From IMG/VR virus record IMGVR_UViG_3300044641_006340: a stretch of DNA of 64,000 nt, one strand, 5' to 3'. Shown here one piece after another: positions 1 to 9,447 of the stretch (position 1 is its first letter; every line of letters starts with the position of its first letter). The notes under the pieces were generated by a model. It made no database searches. It was not told the origin of the DNA and worked only from the letters and a program-made list of their open reading frames with translations. Position numbers and translations under genes: made by a program. Source of the DNA: an uncultured virus (IMG/VR IMGVR_UViG_3300044641_006340). Its lineage: Duplodnaviria; Heunggongvirae; Uroviricota; Caudoviricetes.

Positions 1-111
1 TCAGAAAATAAACAAATTACGTTAGAGATAGATAGAAGCTCAAACGTTAAATTCGGAAAACAACAAAATACTAAAAATAATATTATTTCAAAACTGAAGG
101 ATTTAGAATAA
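1..111 (+). CDS. 3' end of an upstream hypothetical protein (partial)
   Basis: Frame 1 is open from base 1 to TAA at 109-111, which overlaps the ATG of the recombinase (TAATG coupling). Confidence 0.6.
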   Translation, partial: SENKQITLEIDRSSNVKFGKQQNTKNNIISKLKDLE

Positions 112-1133
112 TGAGCTTAAAGGAAGACGTAGTCAAAAAATTTGGCGATGATATTATCCTTAATGGTAATTCCATTGTGGATAAGAAATTGATCACAATA
201 CCAGTTAGTCCCTCTTTGGATATTGTTCTAAATGGTGGAATTCCCGAAGGTAGTTTTGTGATTTTAACTGGTCAACCAAAATGTGGAAAAACTACAACCT
301 CATTAGATTTTTGTGCCACAGCACAAAGAAAAGAATACGCTCACAGTTCCTTTGCCGAAGGTCGAAATGTATACTATCTTAACATTGAGGGACGGCTTAA
401 AAAACGAGATCTGGAGGGTATACCTGGCCTTGATTTGACACGGTTTAATGTTATAGGGTCTAAGCAAGGTAAAATATTACATGCCGAAGAATATCTACAA
501 ATAGGCGAAAGAATTATTAATGAAATACCTGGATCTGTTTTAATCATAGACTCATACTCCGCATTATGTACAGAGGCCGAAATTACTAGCGATATGGACA
601 AGATGCAAAGAGCAGACGGAGCTAAATTATTGGCTAAGTTTTGTAGAAAAGTTGCCAATGTTATTCCTGTCAATAGAAATATTGTTATCGGTATTACTCA
701 TCTTATGGGTAACCCTGGCTTGGGTCATAGTGAATGGAAAGAGAAAAGCGGTCAGGCTATTGCATATCAAACAGACATTAAGTTAAAAGCTCAATTTCAT
801 AGACCATGGAAAGTTGGATCAGCAGAAGACGGTCAACAAATAGGTCAAGAAATACAGTGGCAAGTACAGTGTTCAGCATTAGGTCCGCCTGGAGGCACTA
901 TAACTAGCTATATTAGATATGGTCAAGGTATTGACAAACAAACAGAAATAGTTACACTGGCCTCAGACTTGGGACTGATACATAAAGCAGGAGCTTGGTA
1001 TACTATAACAACGGTCGAATCAAAACCTAAATTTCAGGGAACAGAAAAGGTTCGCCAGTATCTTGTAGACAATCCTGAGGTATACGAAAGTCTGTGGCTA
1101 AAAGTTAAGGAGACAATGGGGATCAAAGGATGA
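111..1133 (+). CDS. recA: RecA/UvsX-like recombinase
   Basis: SPSLDIVLNGGIPEG, Walker A GQPKCGKTT, Walker B LIIDS, and C-terminal GLIHKAGAWY and KFQG, all typical of RecA. Confidence 0.92.
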   Translation: MSLKEDVVKKFGDDIILNGNSIVDKKLITIPVSPSLDIVLNGGIPEGSFVILTGQPKCGKTTTSLDFCATAQRKEYAHSSFAEGRNVYYLNIEGRLKKRDLEGIPGLDLTRFNVIGSKQGKILHAEEYLQIGERIINEIPGSVLIIDSYSALCTEAEITSDMDKMQRADGAKLLAKFCRKVANVIPVNRNIVIGITHLMGNPGLGHSEWKEKSGQAIAYQTDIKLKAQFHRPWKVGSAEDGQQIGQEIQWQVQCSALGPPGGTITSYIRYGQGIDKQTEIVTLASDLGLIHKAGAWYTITTVESKPKFQGTEKVRQYLVDNPEVYESLWLKVKETMGIKG

Positions 1134-1546
1134 TAGTAAGAGATTTGGAAGGAAACGTATCTCAATGGCAACTTACCGGGAATATGGCTAAGGGTAAAAT
1201 TGCCAATAAATCTAATTTGCATCTCAAAGCTCGCTCAATACTCATGTTATGCTTTCCAACTTTGCAAATATTGGAAGAGGTGCCTGTAGTAATTAGGAAG
1301 AATGAAACATTATTTCTAGATTTTTATCTACCATTAATTCAGATGTGCGTAGAAGTACATGGAGAACAGCATTATAAGTTTGTACCCTTTTACCATCATA
1401 ATACTTTGGGCTTTATAAGATCACAAAAAAGAGATCGTGAAAAAGTAGAATGGTGTGAAAATAATCAGATAAAATTTATAGCATTACCATTTCATGAAAA
1501 TGAAAACCAGTGGACTGGAAGGTTAACAAATGAACAAAACAGCTAA
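1130..1546 (+). CDS. DUF559/Vsr-like PD-(D/E)XK endonuclease
   Basis: LDFYLP..CVEVHGEQHY and QKRDREK..WC motifs of the Vsr/DUF559 family. Confidence 0.75.
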   Translation: MIVRDLEGNVSQWQLTGNMAKGKIANKSNLHLKARSILMLCFPTLQILEEVPVVIRKNETLFLDFYLPLIQMCVEVHGEQHYKFVPFYHHNTLGFIRSQKRDREKVEWCENNQIKFIALPFHENENQWTGRLTNEQNS

Positions 1547-2021
1547 GGAAGAATTACAAGACTGGGATAATATCCTAGATGAATATGAGAAAGGACTCGG
1601 CTTACCAAAATATAATAGTAATGGTATGCCAGAGCAAGAGCTTAATAATTATTTAACCATGGATAGAACAGAGCTAGAAAAAATAACACCGGAAGATTGT
1701 GCTCAAATATCTTATAGATTAGCTCAGTTTTCTTTTTATATACAACGTACTATAAATAGAGAAATAGCTCGTAATAACTGGGCCGATGAAACAATCAAAA
1801 TGGTTATAGCTGACGAAATTAATAATTATAAGGGATACGGATACGTAGAAAAATCTCTACAAGCTATCAAACATAATGAAAAAGCACAAGCTATCAATAA
1901 GATTAAGATCTATGCAAAACAACGAACAGATAGACTATCTTATTTGGCTAACTCGATCAAAAATTTATCTGACATACTAATTTCTATTCAAAAGATTAAA
2001 CTGGTGACAAAAAATGGATAA
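1530..2021 (+). CDS. Hypothetical helical protein (possible recombination mediator)
   Basis: 163-aa coupled ORF with coiled-coil character downstream of recA. Function inferred from context only. Confidence 0.5.
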   Translation: MNKTAKEELQDWDNILDEYEKGLGLPKYNSNGMPEQELNNYLTMDRTELEKITPEDCAQISYRLAQFSFYIQRTINREIARNNWADETIKMVIADEINNYKGYGYVEKSLQAIKHNEKAQAINKIKIYAKQRTDRLSYLANSIKNLSDILISIQKIKLVTKNG

Positions 2022-2415
2022 TATAAATCTAGACCCAAGACAAATACAACAGATGATTCTTATGCTTCAGTCTATGTTGCCTCAGTCTAATGATGAAATA
2101 AAACAAGAGGAGCTACCCAAATCCGAAGCAAAGCAATCCAGATCCAGACCCAAAAAGAATACACAACATAAAGCTAAGACCAAGCCATCACGAGAGAATA
2201 AATTTGACGCTATGATGGAAGCTAGAATGCATAAAGAAGATATCGCAATAGATAAAAAACTATCTGTACTACCTCCTGTTCCAAGAGCCAGACCATTTGA
2301 GTGGATAAATGCCGTATGCAGAGTCTGTGGTAAAAAAGAGAAAGTTAATCCAGTACTAATAACAGATAGTATTGATAGATACAAGTGTAACAAGTGCGCA
2401 ACGGGAGCAGGCTGA
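2014..2415 (+). CDS. Hypothetical protein with C-terminal Zn ribbon
   Basis: CRVC...CNKC at the C-terminus. Confidence 0.6.
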   Translation: MDNINLDPRQIQQMILMLQSMLPQSNDEIKQEELPKSEAKQSRSRPKKNTQHKAKTKPSRENKFDAMMEARMHKEDIAIDKKLSVLPPVPRARPFEWINAVCRVCGKKEKVNPVLITDSIDRYKCNKCATGAG

Positions 2416-3881
2416 TGACAATGGTACTATGCGATCCATCTGCTGAAAGAGCAGTATTGGCTGGTATTTGTAATTATGGTGAGGACGCATATCTTGATAT
2501 TGCAGATATTATACAAGATACTACTTTCACTATTGATAGTAATAATATTATATATAAATGCCTAAAAATTATATGTGAAAGAGAACACAAGCCATCAATA
2601 GATATTGCTACTATCTTTTCTACAGCAGAAGAACTAGGCTTAGCTCATATTCTTACAAAAAAAGAAGAAGTACAGCATCTTAAAGCTGTAATGGATTTTC
2701 CTGTTGTTCTGGAAAATGTTAGAAAATTTGCTGCAAAAATAAGAAAATTGGAAATAGCCAGACTTTTAAGAAAGCAACTAGAACTAGCTCAAGACAAGAT
2801 TTTAGACGTAAACGGAAGCGAACCAATAGGATCAATTCTAAGTATAGCAGAAGACACCATCTTCAACTTCACGACTCTTCTTAATGATGGAGATAATAAT
2901 CCTTCATCTTTTGGACAAAATCTGGATGAGTATGTAAAGAATCTAGAAGAGAATAAAATTGATCAAGTCGGTATTCCTACTGGATTTCCCGTATATGACC
3001 AAGCTATTGGTGGAGGTTTAAGAAAGGGTACTGTAAATATTATAGCTGCCCGTCCCAAGACAGGAAAAACACTTTTATCGGATAATATTGGCTTTAATGT
3101 TGCTCAACTAGGTATACCAACTTTGAACATGGATACTGAAATGAACAAAGAAGATCATATTAATAGAACATTAGCTATGATGAGTGAGATCGAAATCAAT
3201 AGTATAGAAACAGGAAAGTTCTCAGAGTCGCCGGATAAAAAGCATAAAATATTACAATCTGTTGATAAACTTAAAACATTAAGAATGTTCCATAAAAGTA
3301 TTGCTGGTAAACCATTTGAAGATCAACTAGCTATTATGAGAAGATGGTTAGTAAAGGAAGTAGGATTACACGATGACGGAACAGCAAAGGAGTGCGTAAT
3401 ATTTTATGATTATCTAAAACTTATGGATAGTGCTGGTATGAGTCAAGACCTTAAAGAATATCAGGTTCTAGGATTCATGATGACTAGTTTACATAATTTT
3501 GCTGTTAGATACAAAGTCCCAATCGTAGCATTTATACAGCTCAACAGGGATGGAATAACTAAAGAAAGCACAGATGCCGCTAGCGGTTCTGATAGAATTA
3601 TTTGGTTATGTAGCAACTTTAGTATATTCAAAAGAAAGACCCCAGAAGAAATAGCAGAAGATGGTCCTGAAAATGGTAATAGAAAATTAGTACCATTGAT
3701 TAGTAGACACGGGGGAGGCTTGGACGATAATGATTATATCAATTGCTATATGAAGGGCTGGTGTGCTAAGATTACAGAAGGCAGAACTAGATTAGAAATT
3801 ATTAACAATAAGGGTGGTAAACAAGATGGCTTCGTTGTTGATGAACAAAGTGAAAATGAATCAGAAATCCAGTTTAACTAA
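2415..3881 (+). CDS. dnaB: Replicative DNA helicase (DnaB family)
   Basis: AERAVLA N-terminus, GIPTGF, Walker A ARPKTGKT, FYDYLKLM and QLNR motifs. Start placed at ATG 2415, overlapping the upstream TGA. Confidence 0.93.
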   Translation: MTMVLCDPSAERAVLAGICNYGEDAYLDIADIIQDTTFTIDSNNIIYKCLKIICEREHKPSIDIATIFSTAEELGLAHILTKKEEVQHLKAVMDFPVVLENVRKFAAKIRKLEIARLLRKQLELAQDKILDVNGSEPIGSILSIAEDTIFNFTTLLNDGDNNPSSFGQNLDEYVKNLEENKIDQVGIPTGFPVYDQAIGGGLRKGTVNIIAARPKTGKTLLSDNIGFNVAQLGIPTLNMDTEMNKEDHINRTLAMMSEIEINSIETGKFSESPDKKHKILQSVDKLKTLRMFHKSIAGKPFEDQLAIMRRWLVKEVGLHDDGTAKECVIFYDYLKLMDSAGMSQDLKEYQVLGFMMTSLHNFAVRYKVPIVAFIQLNRDGITKESTDAASGSDRIIWLCSNFSIFKRKTPEEIAEDGPENGNRKLVPLISRHGGGLDDNDYINCYMKGWCAKITEGRTRLEIINNKGGKQDGFVVDEQSENESEIQFN

Positions 3882-5010
3882 AGATCAGGCTAAACTTAAA
3901 ATTATTTGTGACGATTTGTGTGATAGTATCTATGATTTATTAGATGCTTTTCAGATCGATTATCGAAATAATTCCAAAATGATCAGCATGTCCTGCCCAA
4001 TCCATGGAGGTGACAATAAATCTGCTGTAAATCTTTATCCAGAAGGAGAGAGATATAGAGGTAATTGGAAATGTAGGACTCATAATTGTGAACAAATATT
4101 TAAGTCTTCGATTATAGGCTTTATAAGAGGTATATTGTCTCATAATAAATACGGATGGACTAAAGATGGAGACAAAGCCTGCTCATTTGATGAGGCTCTT
4201 GACTTTGCTCTTAAGTTTCTAAATAAAGATTTTAATAGTATCAAAGTATCAAAAACAGCAAAAGATAAACAATTCTTTTCTAATGCTATAACTTATTTGA
4301 CAAATAATCCTAATAATGCTAGTGTTGGACCAAGACCTTCTAGAGAGCAAATTAGGAGATCATTAGCTATACCAGCATCCTATTATATAGATAGAAACTA
4401 TTCATCAGAAATACTAGATAAATATGATATAGGTTTATGTTCTAAACCAGATAAAGAGATGTATAATAGTGTTGTAACCCCCATATACAATAATGACTAC
4501 CAATATATGATAGGTTGTTCTGGTAGAAGTATTTTTGAAAAATGTAAAACTTGTTCATCCTATCATAACAATCAACATGATTGTCCAGCAGAACACAGTA
4601 GGTGGTTATTCTCTAAATGGAAGCATAGCGCTAATTTTAAGAGCCAAAATTGTCTATATAATTTTTGGTTTGCCAAATCTTTTATACAGCAATCGGCTAT
4701 TGCGATTATTGTTGAAAGTCCAGGTAATGTATGGAGATTAGAAGAAAATGGAATTCATAATAGCGTAGCAATGTTCGGATCGTCATTAAGCGATAGACAA
4801 AAAATTATTTTGGATTCTTCAGGAGCTATGACTCTTATAATACTAACTGATCAAGACGACGCTGGACGTAAAGCTGCCGAGCAAATAAGCTTGAAGTGTA
4901 AAAATACTTATCGTATCTTTATTCCCCAAATTAGCAAAGCTGACGTTGCAGAAATGACACCCGTTGAGATCAAGGAACAAATCAGCGACTATATAGAAAG
5001 TATTAAATGA
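3814..5010 (+). CDS. dnaG: DNA primase (CHC2 Zn finger + TOPRIM)
   Basis: CPIHGGDN..WKCRTHNC zinc finger and TOPRIM motifs IIVESPGNV and LTDQDDAGRKAA. Exact start uncertain. Confidence 0.88.
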   Translation: MVNKMASLLMNKVKMNQKSSLTKDQAKLKIICDDLCDSIYDLLDAFQIDYRNNSKMISMSCPIHGGDNKSAVNLYPEGERYRGNWKCRTHNCEQIFKSSIIGFIRGILSHNKYGWTKDGDKACSFDEALDFALKFLNKDFNSIKVSKTAKDKQFFSNAITYLTNNPNNASVGPRPSREQIRRSLAIPASYYIDRNYSSEILDKYDIGLCSKPDKEMYNSVVTPIYNNDYQYMIGCSGRSIFEKCKTCSSYHNNQHDCPAEHSRWLFSKWKHSANFKSQNCLYNFWFAKSFIQQSAIAIIVESPGNVWRLEENGIHNSVAMFGSSLSDRQKIILDSSGAMTLIILTDQDDAGRKAAEQISLKCKNTYRIFIPQISKADVAEMTPVEIKEQISDYIESIK

Positions 5011-5618
5011 CCAAAATAATAGCTTTTTCTGGTAGAAAACAATCTGGTAAAAGTACTGGTGCTGAGTATGTTCAGCACCTATTAAACAATAAGGGTCTAA
5101 AAAATAAGGTTTATAGTTTTGCGGATCCTTTGAAACAAGACATATGTATCAATATACTAGGATTAACATATGATCAGTGTTACGGTAGCGATGACGATAA
5201 AAATAGTTTAACGGATATTTTATGGGAGAATATACCAGGATATTTAGGTAATATTACTGGTCCCATGACCGCTAGAGAAGTTATGGAGGTTATTGGTACC
5301 AATATTTTTCGTAAAATTAAAAACGATGTTTGGGTCCAAGCTACTTTAGTAGCTATACAAAGAGATAATTTAGATATCGCAATTATAGCTGATTGTAGAT
5401 TTCCCAATGAGGTCAATAGCATATTAAAAAATAATGGATTTGTTATTAGAATCACTAAAGATCCATTTGAATCAAAGTCTGATGCTGAAATGGCTTTGGA
5501 TCCAAATAATTACGATTGGTCAAAATTCAGCACAGTTATTAATAATCAAAACATCAATATAGCTGATAAAAATCAATTTATAGAACAATTCTTATATCAA
5601 AATGGAATTTTAAACTAA
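5007..5618 (+). CDS. Deoxynucleoside monophosphate kinase
   Basis: IIAFSGRKQSGKST P-loop, SFADPLK, TAREVMEVIGT and IADCRFPNE, matching phage dNMP kinases. Confidence 0.88.
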   Translation: MTKIIAFSGRKQSGKSTGAEYVQHLLNNKGLKNKVYSFADPLKQDICINILGLTYDQCYGSDDDKNSLTDILWENIPGYLGNITGPMTAREVMEVIGTNIFRKIKNDVWVQATLVAIQRDNLDIAIIADCRFPNEVNSILKNNGFVIRITKDPFESKSDAEMALDPNNYDWSKFSTVINNQNINIADKNQFIEQFLYQNGILN

Positions 5619-6658
5619 TGATAGTTACATATATACGTAGTTCTAGTTACGGAACCCACAGTTTATGTCCTATGCAGTACATGCTTGAGTACGTACTTGG
5701 TATGAGAAGTCCCAGCGGTCTTAAAGCCGCTAAGGGCACTGTTTTACACAAGGTGATGGAAATCCTTGCGGTTATAAAAAAGGGCACACAGGATAAATCT
5801 ACCACGATAGAGGATGACATAATTGGCGCGATCAATGTGACAGACTATAATCTTAATACTATTATTGAAAAAGTATATAAACACTATTCATCTGCTGAAA
5901 AACATCATACGTGGACGCCCAAAGATTACAAAGATTGTCATAACTGGGTATACAAGGCATTAGAATACAATAATGGAATGTTTGATCCAAGAAATCAAGA
6001 CATAGTTCAACCTGAACAACATTTTGATATAGAGATAGATAAGCCTTGGGCAGGTTATAAATATGAAACAAAAGACGGGATTTTGGAAGGTAAGTTAGCT
6101 ATAAAGGGTACGATAGACTTAATAACCAGAGTTAATGACAAAACATTAGAAATTGTTGATTATAAAACAGGTCGGAGACTTGACTGGGCAACCGGAGAAG
6201 AAAAAACCCAAGCTAAATTACAAAATGATGCTCAACTAAGAATATATCATTATGCTATACAGCACTTATACCCTGAAGTTGAACATGTAATTGTATCTAT
6301 TTATTTTATAAATGACGGTGGAGCATTTAGTATCTGTTTTGATAAAAAAGACTTACATCAAACAGAAATGATGTTAAAACAAAAATTTGAAACTATTAAA
6401 AATACACATAAGCCCCAATTAAATAAAAGCTGGAAATGTACGAAGTTTTGTCATTTTGGAAAAAGTACATTCGAAAATAGTCATGCGTTACCAATAGTTG
6501 AATATAGAGATAATCAAATAACACCTAAAAACCAATGTATGACCAAGTGCGAACAAGTTAAGCACGATATGGATATAAAAGGACCAGAGGCGGTGATTGA
6601 CCACTATCAGGTTCCGGGTTATAGTATAGGATACTACAAAGCTCCAGGCAGCGTTTAA
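5618..6658 (+). CDS. PD-(D/E)XK exonuclease, Cas4/RecB/AddB-like
   Basis: CPMQY, GTVLHKVME, KGTIDLI, IVDYKTG and QLRIYHYA, plus a C-terminal Cys cluster (CTKFC..C). Confidence 0.85.
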   Translation: MIVTYIRSSSYGTHSLCPMQYMLEYVLGMRSPSGLKAAKGTVLHKVMEILAVIKKGTQDKSTTIEDDIIGAINVTDYNLNTIIEKVYKHYSSAEKHHTWTPKDYKDCHNWVYKALEYNNGMFDPRNQDIVQPEQHFDIEIDKPWAGYKYETKDGILEGKLAIKGTIDLITRVNDKTLEIVDYKTGRRLDWATGEEKTQAKLQNDAQLRIYHYAIQHLYPEVEHVIVSIYFINDGGAFSICFDKKDLHQTEMMLKQKFETIKNTHKPQLNKSWKCTKFCHFGKSTFENSHALPIVEYRDNQITPKNQCMTKCEQVKHDMDIKGPEAVIDHYQVPGYSIGYYKAPGSV

Positions 6659-6662
6659 AAAC

Positions 6663-8540
6663 ATGACAGTAAACTATATCCCCCTACATTTACATTCTAC
6701 TTATTCTTTATTGGATGGACTCTCTCAACCATCGACTATTGCTGAACGTTGTTTAGAGATAGGAGTAAGAGCTTGTGCATTAACAGACCATGGTAATATA
6801 GCTGGGTGTGTTAAGTTTTATACAGAAATGAAAAAACATGGTATAAAGCCAATATTAGGTTGTGAATTATATATCTGTGAGTCCGATCCGTCTATACAAA
6901 CCCCTGAAAATAAAAAACTCAGTCATCTAGTTATTCTAGCCAAAAATTATGAGGGTTGGAGAAGTCTAATAAGAATAGTATCAGAATCTAATAGGCCAGA
7001 TTTTTATTATCACAAACCTAGACTAGACCTAACCACGTTATCCAAGTTCTGTAACAACAATATTATAGCCTTTTGTGGTCATCCTGGGTCGGTAATAGCA
7101 GATAAAATTACTGAAAACAACCAACTTAAAATAGATTGGGTCGATATAGGAAAACGGGAGATTTCTACCTATAAAACTATTTTTGGGTCAGAGAATTTCT
7201 TTTTGGAGGCTCAGCTTATGGATAAAGATAATTCTCCAATACAAAGCATATTAACTGATGCTATGAGACAATTATCTAAAATCACCAATACTAAGATCAT
7301 ATGTACTCCTGATGCTCACTATGCACGAAGAGAAGACGCAACAGATCAAAGAATTTTATTGTGCAATAATCTAAAGACAACATTTCCTGACATTAGTAGG
7401 AAAATAGCTAATGATGAGGCTGTTGCTCTTGGCTGTTTTTTTACATCTGATAATTTTCATATATTATCTCAGGAAGAAATTAAAGAGATTCATACTGAAG
7501 AAGAAATAGTTAATACTAATATATTAGCTAATATGTGTGAAGAATATAATATTTTACATAAACCAAGATTACCTCCATTTCCTTGTCCAGACGGGATGGA
7601 TGATGCTGAGTATTTAAGAGAATTATGTCGCAAAGGTTGGAAAGCCAAAATAGCTAATGTTATTCCCAAGGAAGAACATCAAGTGTATGTTGACAGAGTA
7701 AAATATGAATTAGATATATTACAGGGTGCTGGTCTATCTAGTTATTTTTTAATAGTACAAGATATTGTTAATTATGTAAGAAAAAATGGTTGGCTTCCCG
7801 GACCGGGCAGAGGCTCGGCGGCGGGTTGTTTAGTTTCATATCTTATAGGTATAACAAGTATTGATCCTATAAAATACAGCTTATTGTTTGAAAGGTTTTA
7901 TAATAGTGGTAGAAATTCCAAAGATCACATATCAATGCCAGATATAGATGTGGACGTTCCTATTGACAAAAGGGAAAATATTATAGAATATATTAAGCAA
8001 ACATACGGGGTCGATAAGGTTTCTCAGATGATTACTTTTAATACCATGAAAGGTAGAGGTGCTCTTAAAGATGTTCTGAGAGTTTATGGTAATATTAGTT
8101 TCGATGAAATGAATAAAATAACTAAAAGCATACCTGATGAGTCAAAAATTGCGGACGATCTTCAGGAAATGAAGGATGAAACTGGTGAAGCTTCAATTAT
8201 ACGTTGGTCTTTAGAAAATCAGCCAGATAAACTCAAGGAATGGTGCTACATAGACGACAATAATGAACTACAAGGCCCGCTTGCAAAAAGATTCGAACAG
8301 GCTATAAGATTAGAAGGAACAAAGTCCAATCAATCCAAACATGCTGCCGGAATAGCAATTAGCTCAGAACCATTAAATACAATTTGTCCAATGGTATACG
8401 ATAGTAAAAATGATCAAATGATTGCTGGCATGGAAATGCAAGATTTGGAGGCTTTGGGAGTTATTAAGTTTGATATTCTTGGAATTGCAATGTTAGATAA
8501 AATTATGACTATTCAAGATATTCTTAAAAATGGAGAATGA
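6663..8540 (+). CDS. dnaE: DNA polymerase III alpha subunit, N-terminal part (PHP + palm/thumb)
   Basis: LHLHSTYSLLDG, ALTDHGN, KPILGCE, DAHY, GPGRGSAAG, LLFERF, PDIDVD, KHAAG and KFDILG. The ORF ends just after the KFD motif. Confidence 0.95.
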   Translation: MTVNYIPLHLHSTYSLLDGLSQPSTIAERCLEIGVRACALTDHGNIAGCVKFYTEMKKHGIKPILGCELYICESDPSIQTPENKKLSHLVILAKNYEGWRSLIRIVSESNRPDFYYHKPRLDLTTLSKFCNNNIIAFCGHPGSVIADKITENNQLKIDWVDIGKREISTYKTIFGSENFFLEAQLMDKDNSPIQSILTDAMRQLSKITNTKIICTPDAHYARREDATDQRILLCNNLKTTFPDISRKIANDEAVALGCFFTSDNFHILSQEEIKEIHTEEEIVNTNILANMCEEYNILHKPRLPPFPCPDGMDDAEYLRELCRKGWKAKIANVIPKEEHQVYVDRVKYELDILQGAGLSSYFLIVQDIVNYVRKNGWLPGPGRGSAAGCLVSYLIGITSIDPIKYSLLFERFYNSGRNSKDHISMPDIDVDVPIDKRENIIEYIKQTYGVDKVSQMITFNTMKGRGALKDVLRVYGNISFDEMNKITKSIPDESKIADDLQEMKDETGEASIIRWSLENQPDKLKEWCYIDDNNELQGPLAKRFEQAIRLEGTKSNQSKHAAGIAISSEPLNTICPMVYDSKNDQMIAGMEMQDLEALGVIKFDILGIAMLDKIMTIQDILKNGE

Positions 8541-8755
8541 TTATGGTAAAATTTATGGATTTAGCTGTAGGTCAAAAGTTTAGGACATCTGTTAATGGTG
8601 GACCAATAAGTGAGTATGTAAAGATATCTGAAGAGAGAGTAAGCTGCTGTCATATTCTGACTGCTGCTCTTGTATCCAACCCTCAACAAAAGGTTCAAAT
8701 AACTCCGCTTGTAGAGGTTGAATTAGTAACAGAAACTACGAGTAATAACAACTAA
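8537..8755 (+). CDS. Small hypothetical protein
   Basis: 72-aa ORF coupled to both neighbours (ATGA and TAATG overlaps). Confidence 0.6.
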   Translation: MIMVKFMDLAVGQKFRTSVNGGPISEYVKISEERVSCCHILTAALVSNPQQKVQITPLVEVELVTETTSNNN

Positions 8756-9447
8756 TGATAAACTATAACAAAATTTGCGTATTTGATTTTGAAACAGATG
8801 GGTCTGATCCAAGAACTTGTAGTCCAGTGCAAATGGCTGCATTAATCATCGACCCAATTAAGTTAGAAATTGTGCCTAAGTCAGAATTTAATGTTTTCTT
8901 TAAACCAGAAACTTTGGCTAAGGACGAAAATTATGTATATACAACAGATATACTGGATTTTCATGCTAAGGTTAAAGGCTGTTCTAAGGACGATATTTTG
9001 ACTCAATGGAAAGAATATCCTGAACAAGAACAATCTTGGAAGATGTTTACTAATTATTTAGAAATGCATCACAGTAGATCTTCTAAAAAGAGTCAATTTA
9101 GTGCTCCAATAGCGGCTGGATATAATATCAATCGTTTTGATTTGAATATCATAGATCGCTTGAGCGTTAAATATGGTCATACTAATAAAGAAGGTCGTTC
9201 TGATATATTCTATCCACGAGACGTTGTGGACATAATGAATCTAATATTTTACTGGTTTGAAAGTAATAATGATCTTAAGAGCTACACATTAGACTCTTTG
9301 AGAGATTATTTTGGAATATCAAAAGTTGGTGCACACGACGCATTTAAAGATGTTCAAGATTGTGCTGAGATACTGATAAGGTTTTTAAGACTGCATCGTA
9401 ATTTGGGTAATAAAATTAAATTCAAAAACTCTTTTGCAAATGTCTAA
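8755..9447 (+). CDS. dnaQ: DEDDh 3'-5' exonuclease (DnaQ/epsilon-like)
   Basis: ExoI VFDFETDG, ExoII GYNINRFD, ExoIII AHDAFKDV. Confidence 0.88.
   Translation: MINYNKICVFDFETDGSDPRTCSPVQMAALIIDPIKLEIVPKSEFNVFFKPETLAKDENYVYTTDILDFHAKVKGCSKDDILTQWKEYPEQEQSWKMFTNYLEMHHSRSSKKSQFSAPIAAGYNINRFDLNIIDRLSVKYGHTNKEGRSDIFYPRDVVDIMNLIFYWFESNNDLKSYTLDSLRDYFGISKVGAHDAFKDVQDCAEILIRFLRLHRNLGNKIKFKNSFANV

Noticed and set aside
5618..6658. Cas4-like nuclease as evidence for a CRISPR-Cas system
   Set aside because: No other cas genes or repeat-spacer array are visible. Solo Cas4/RecB-like nucleases are common in phage replication modules.
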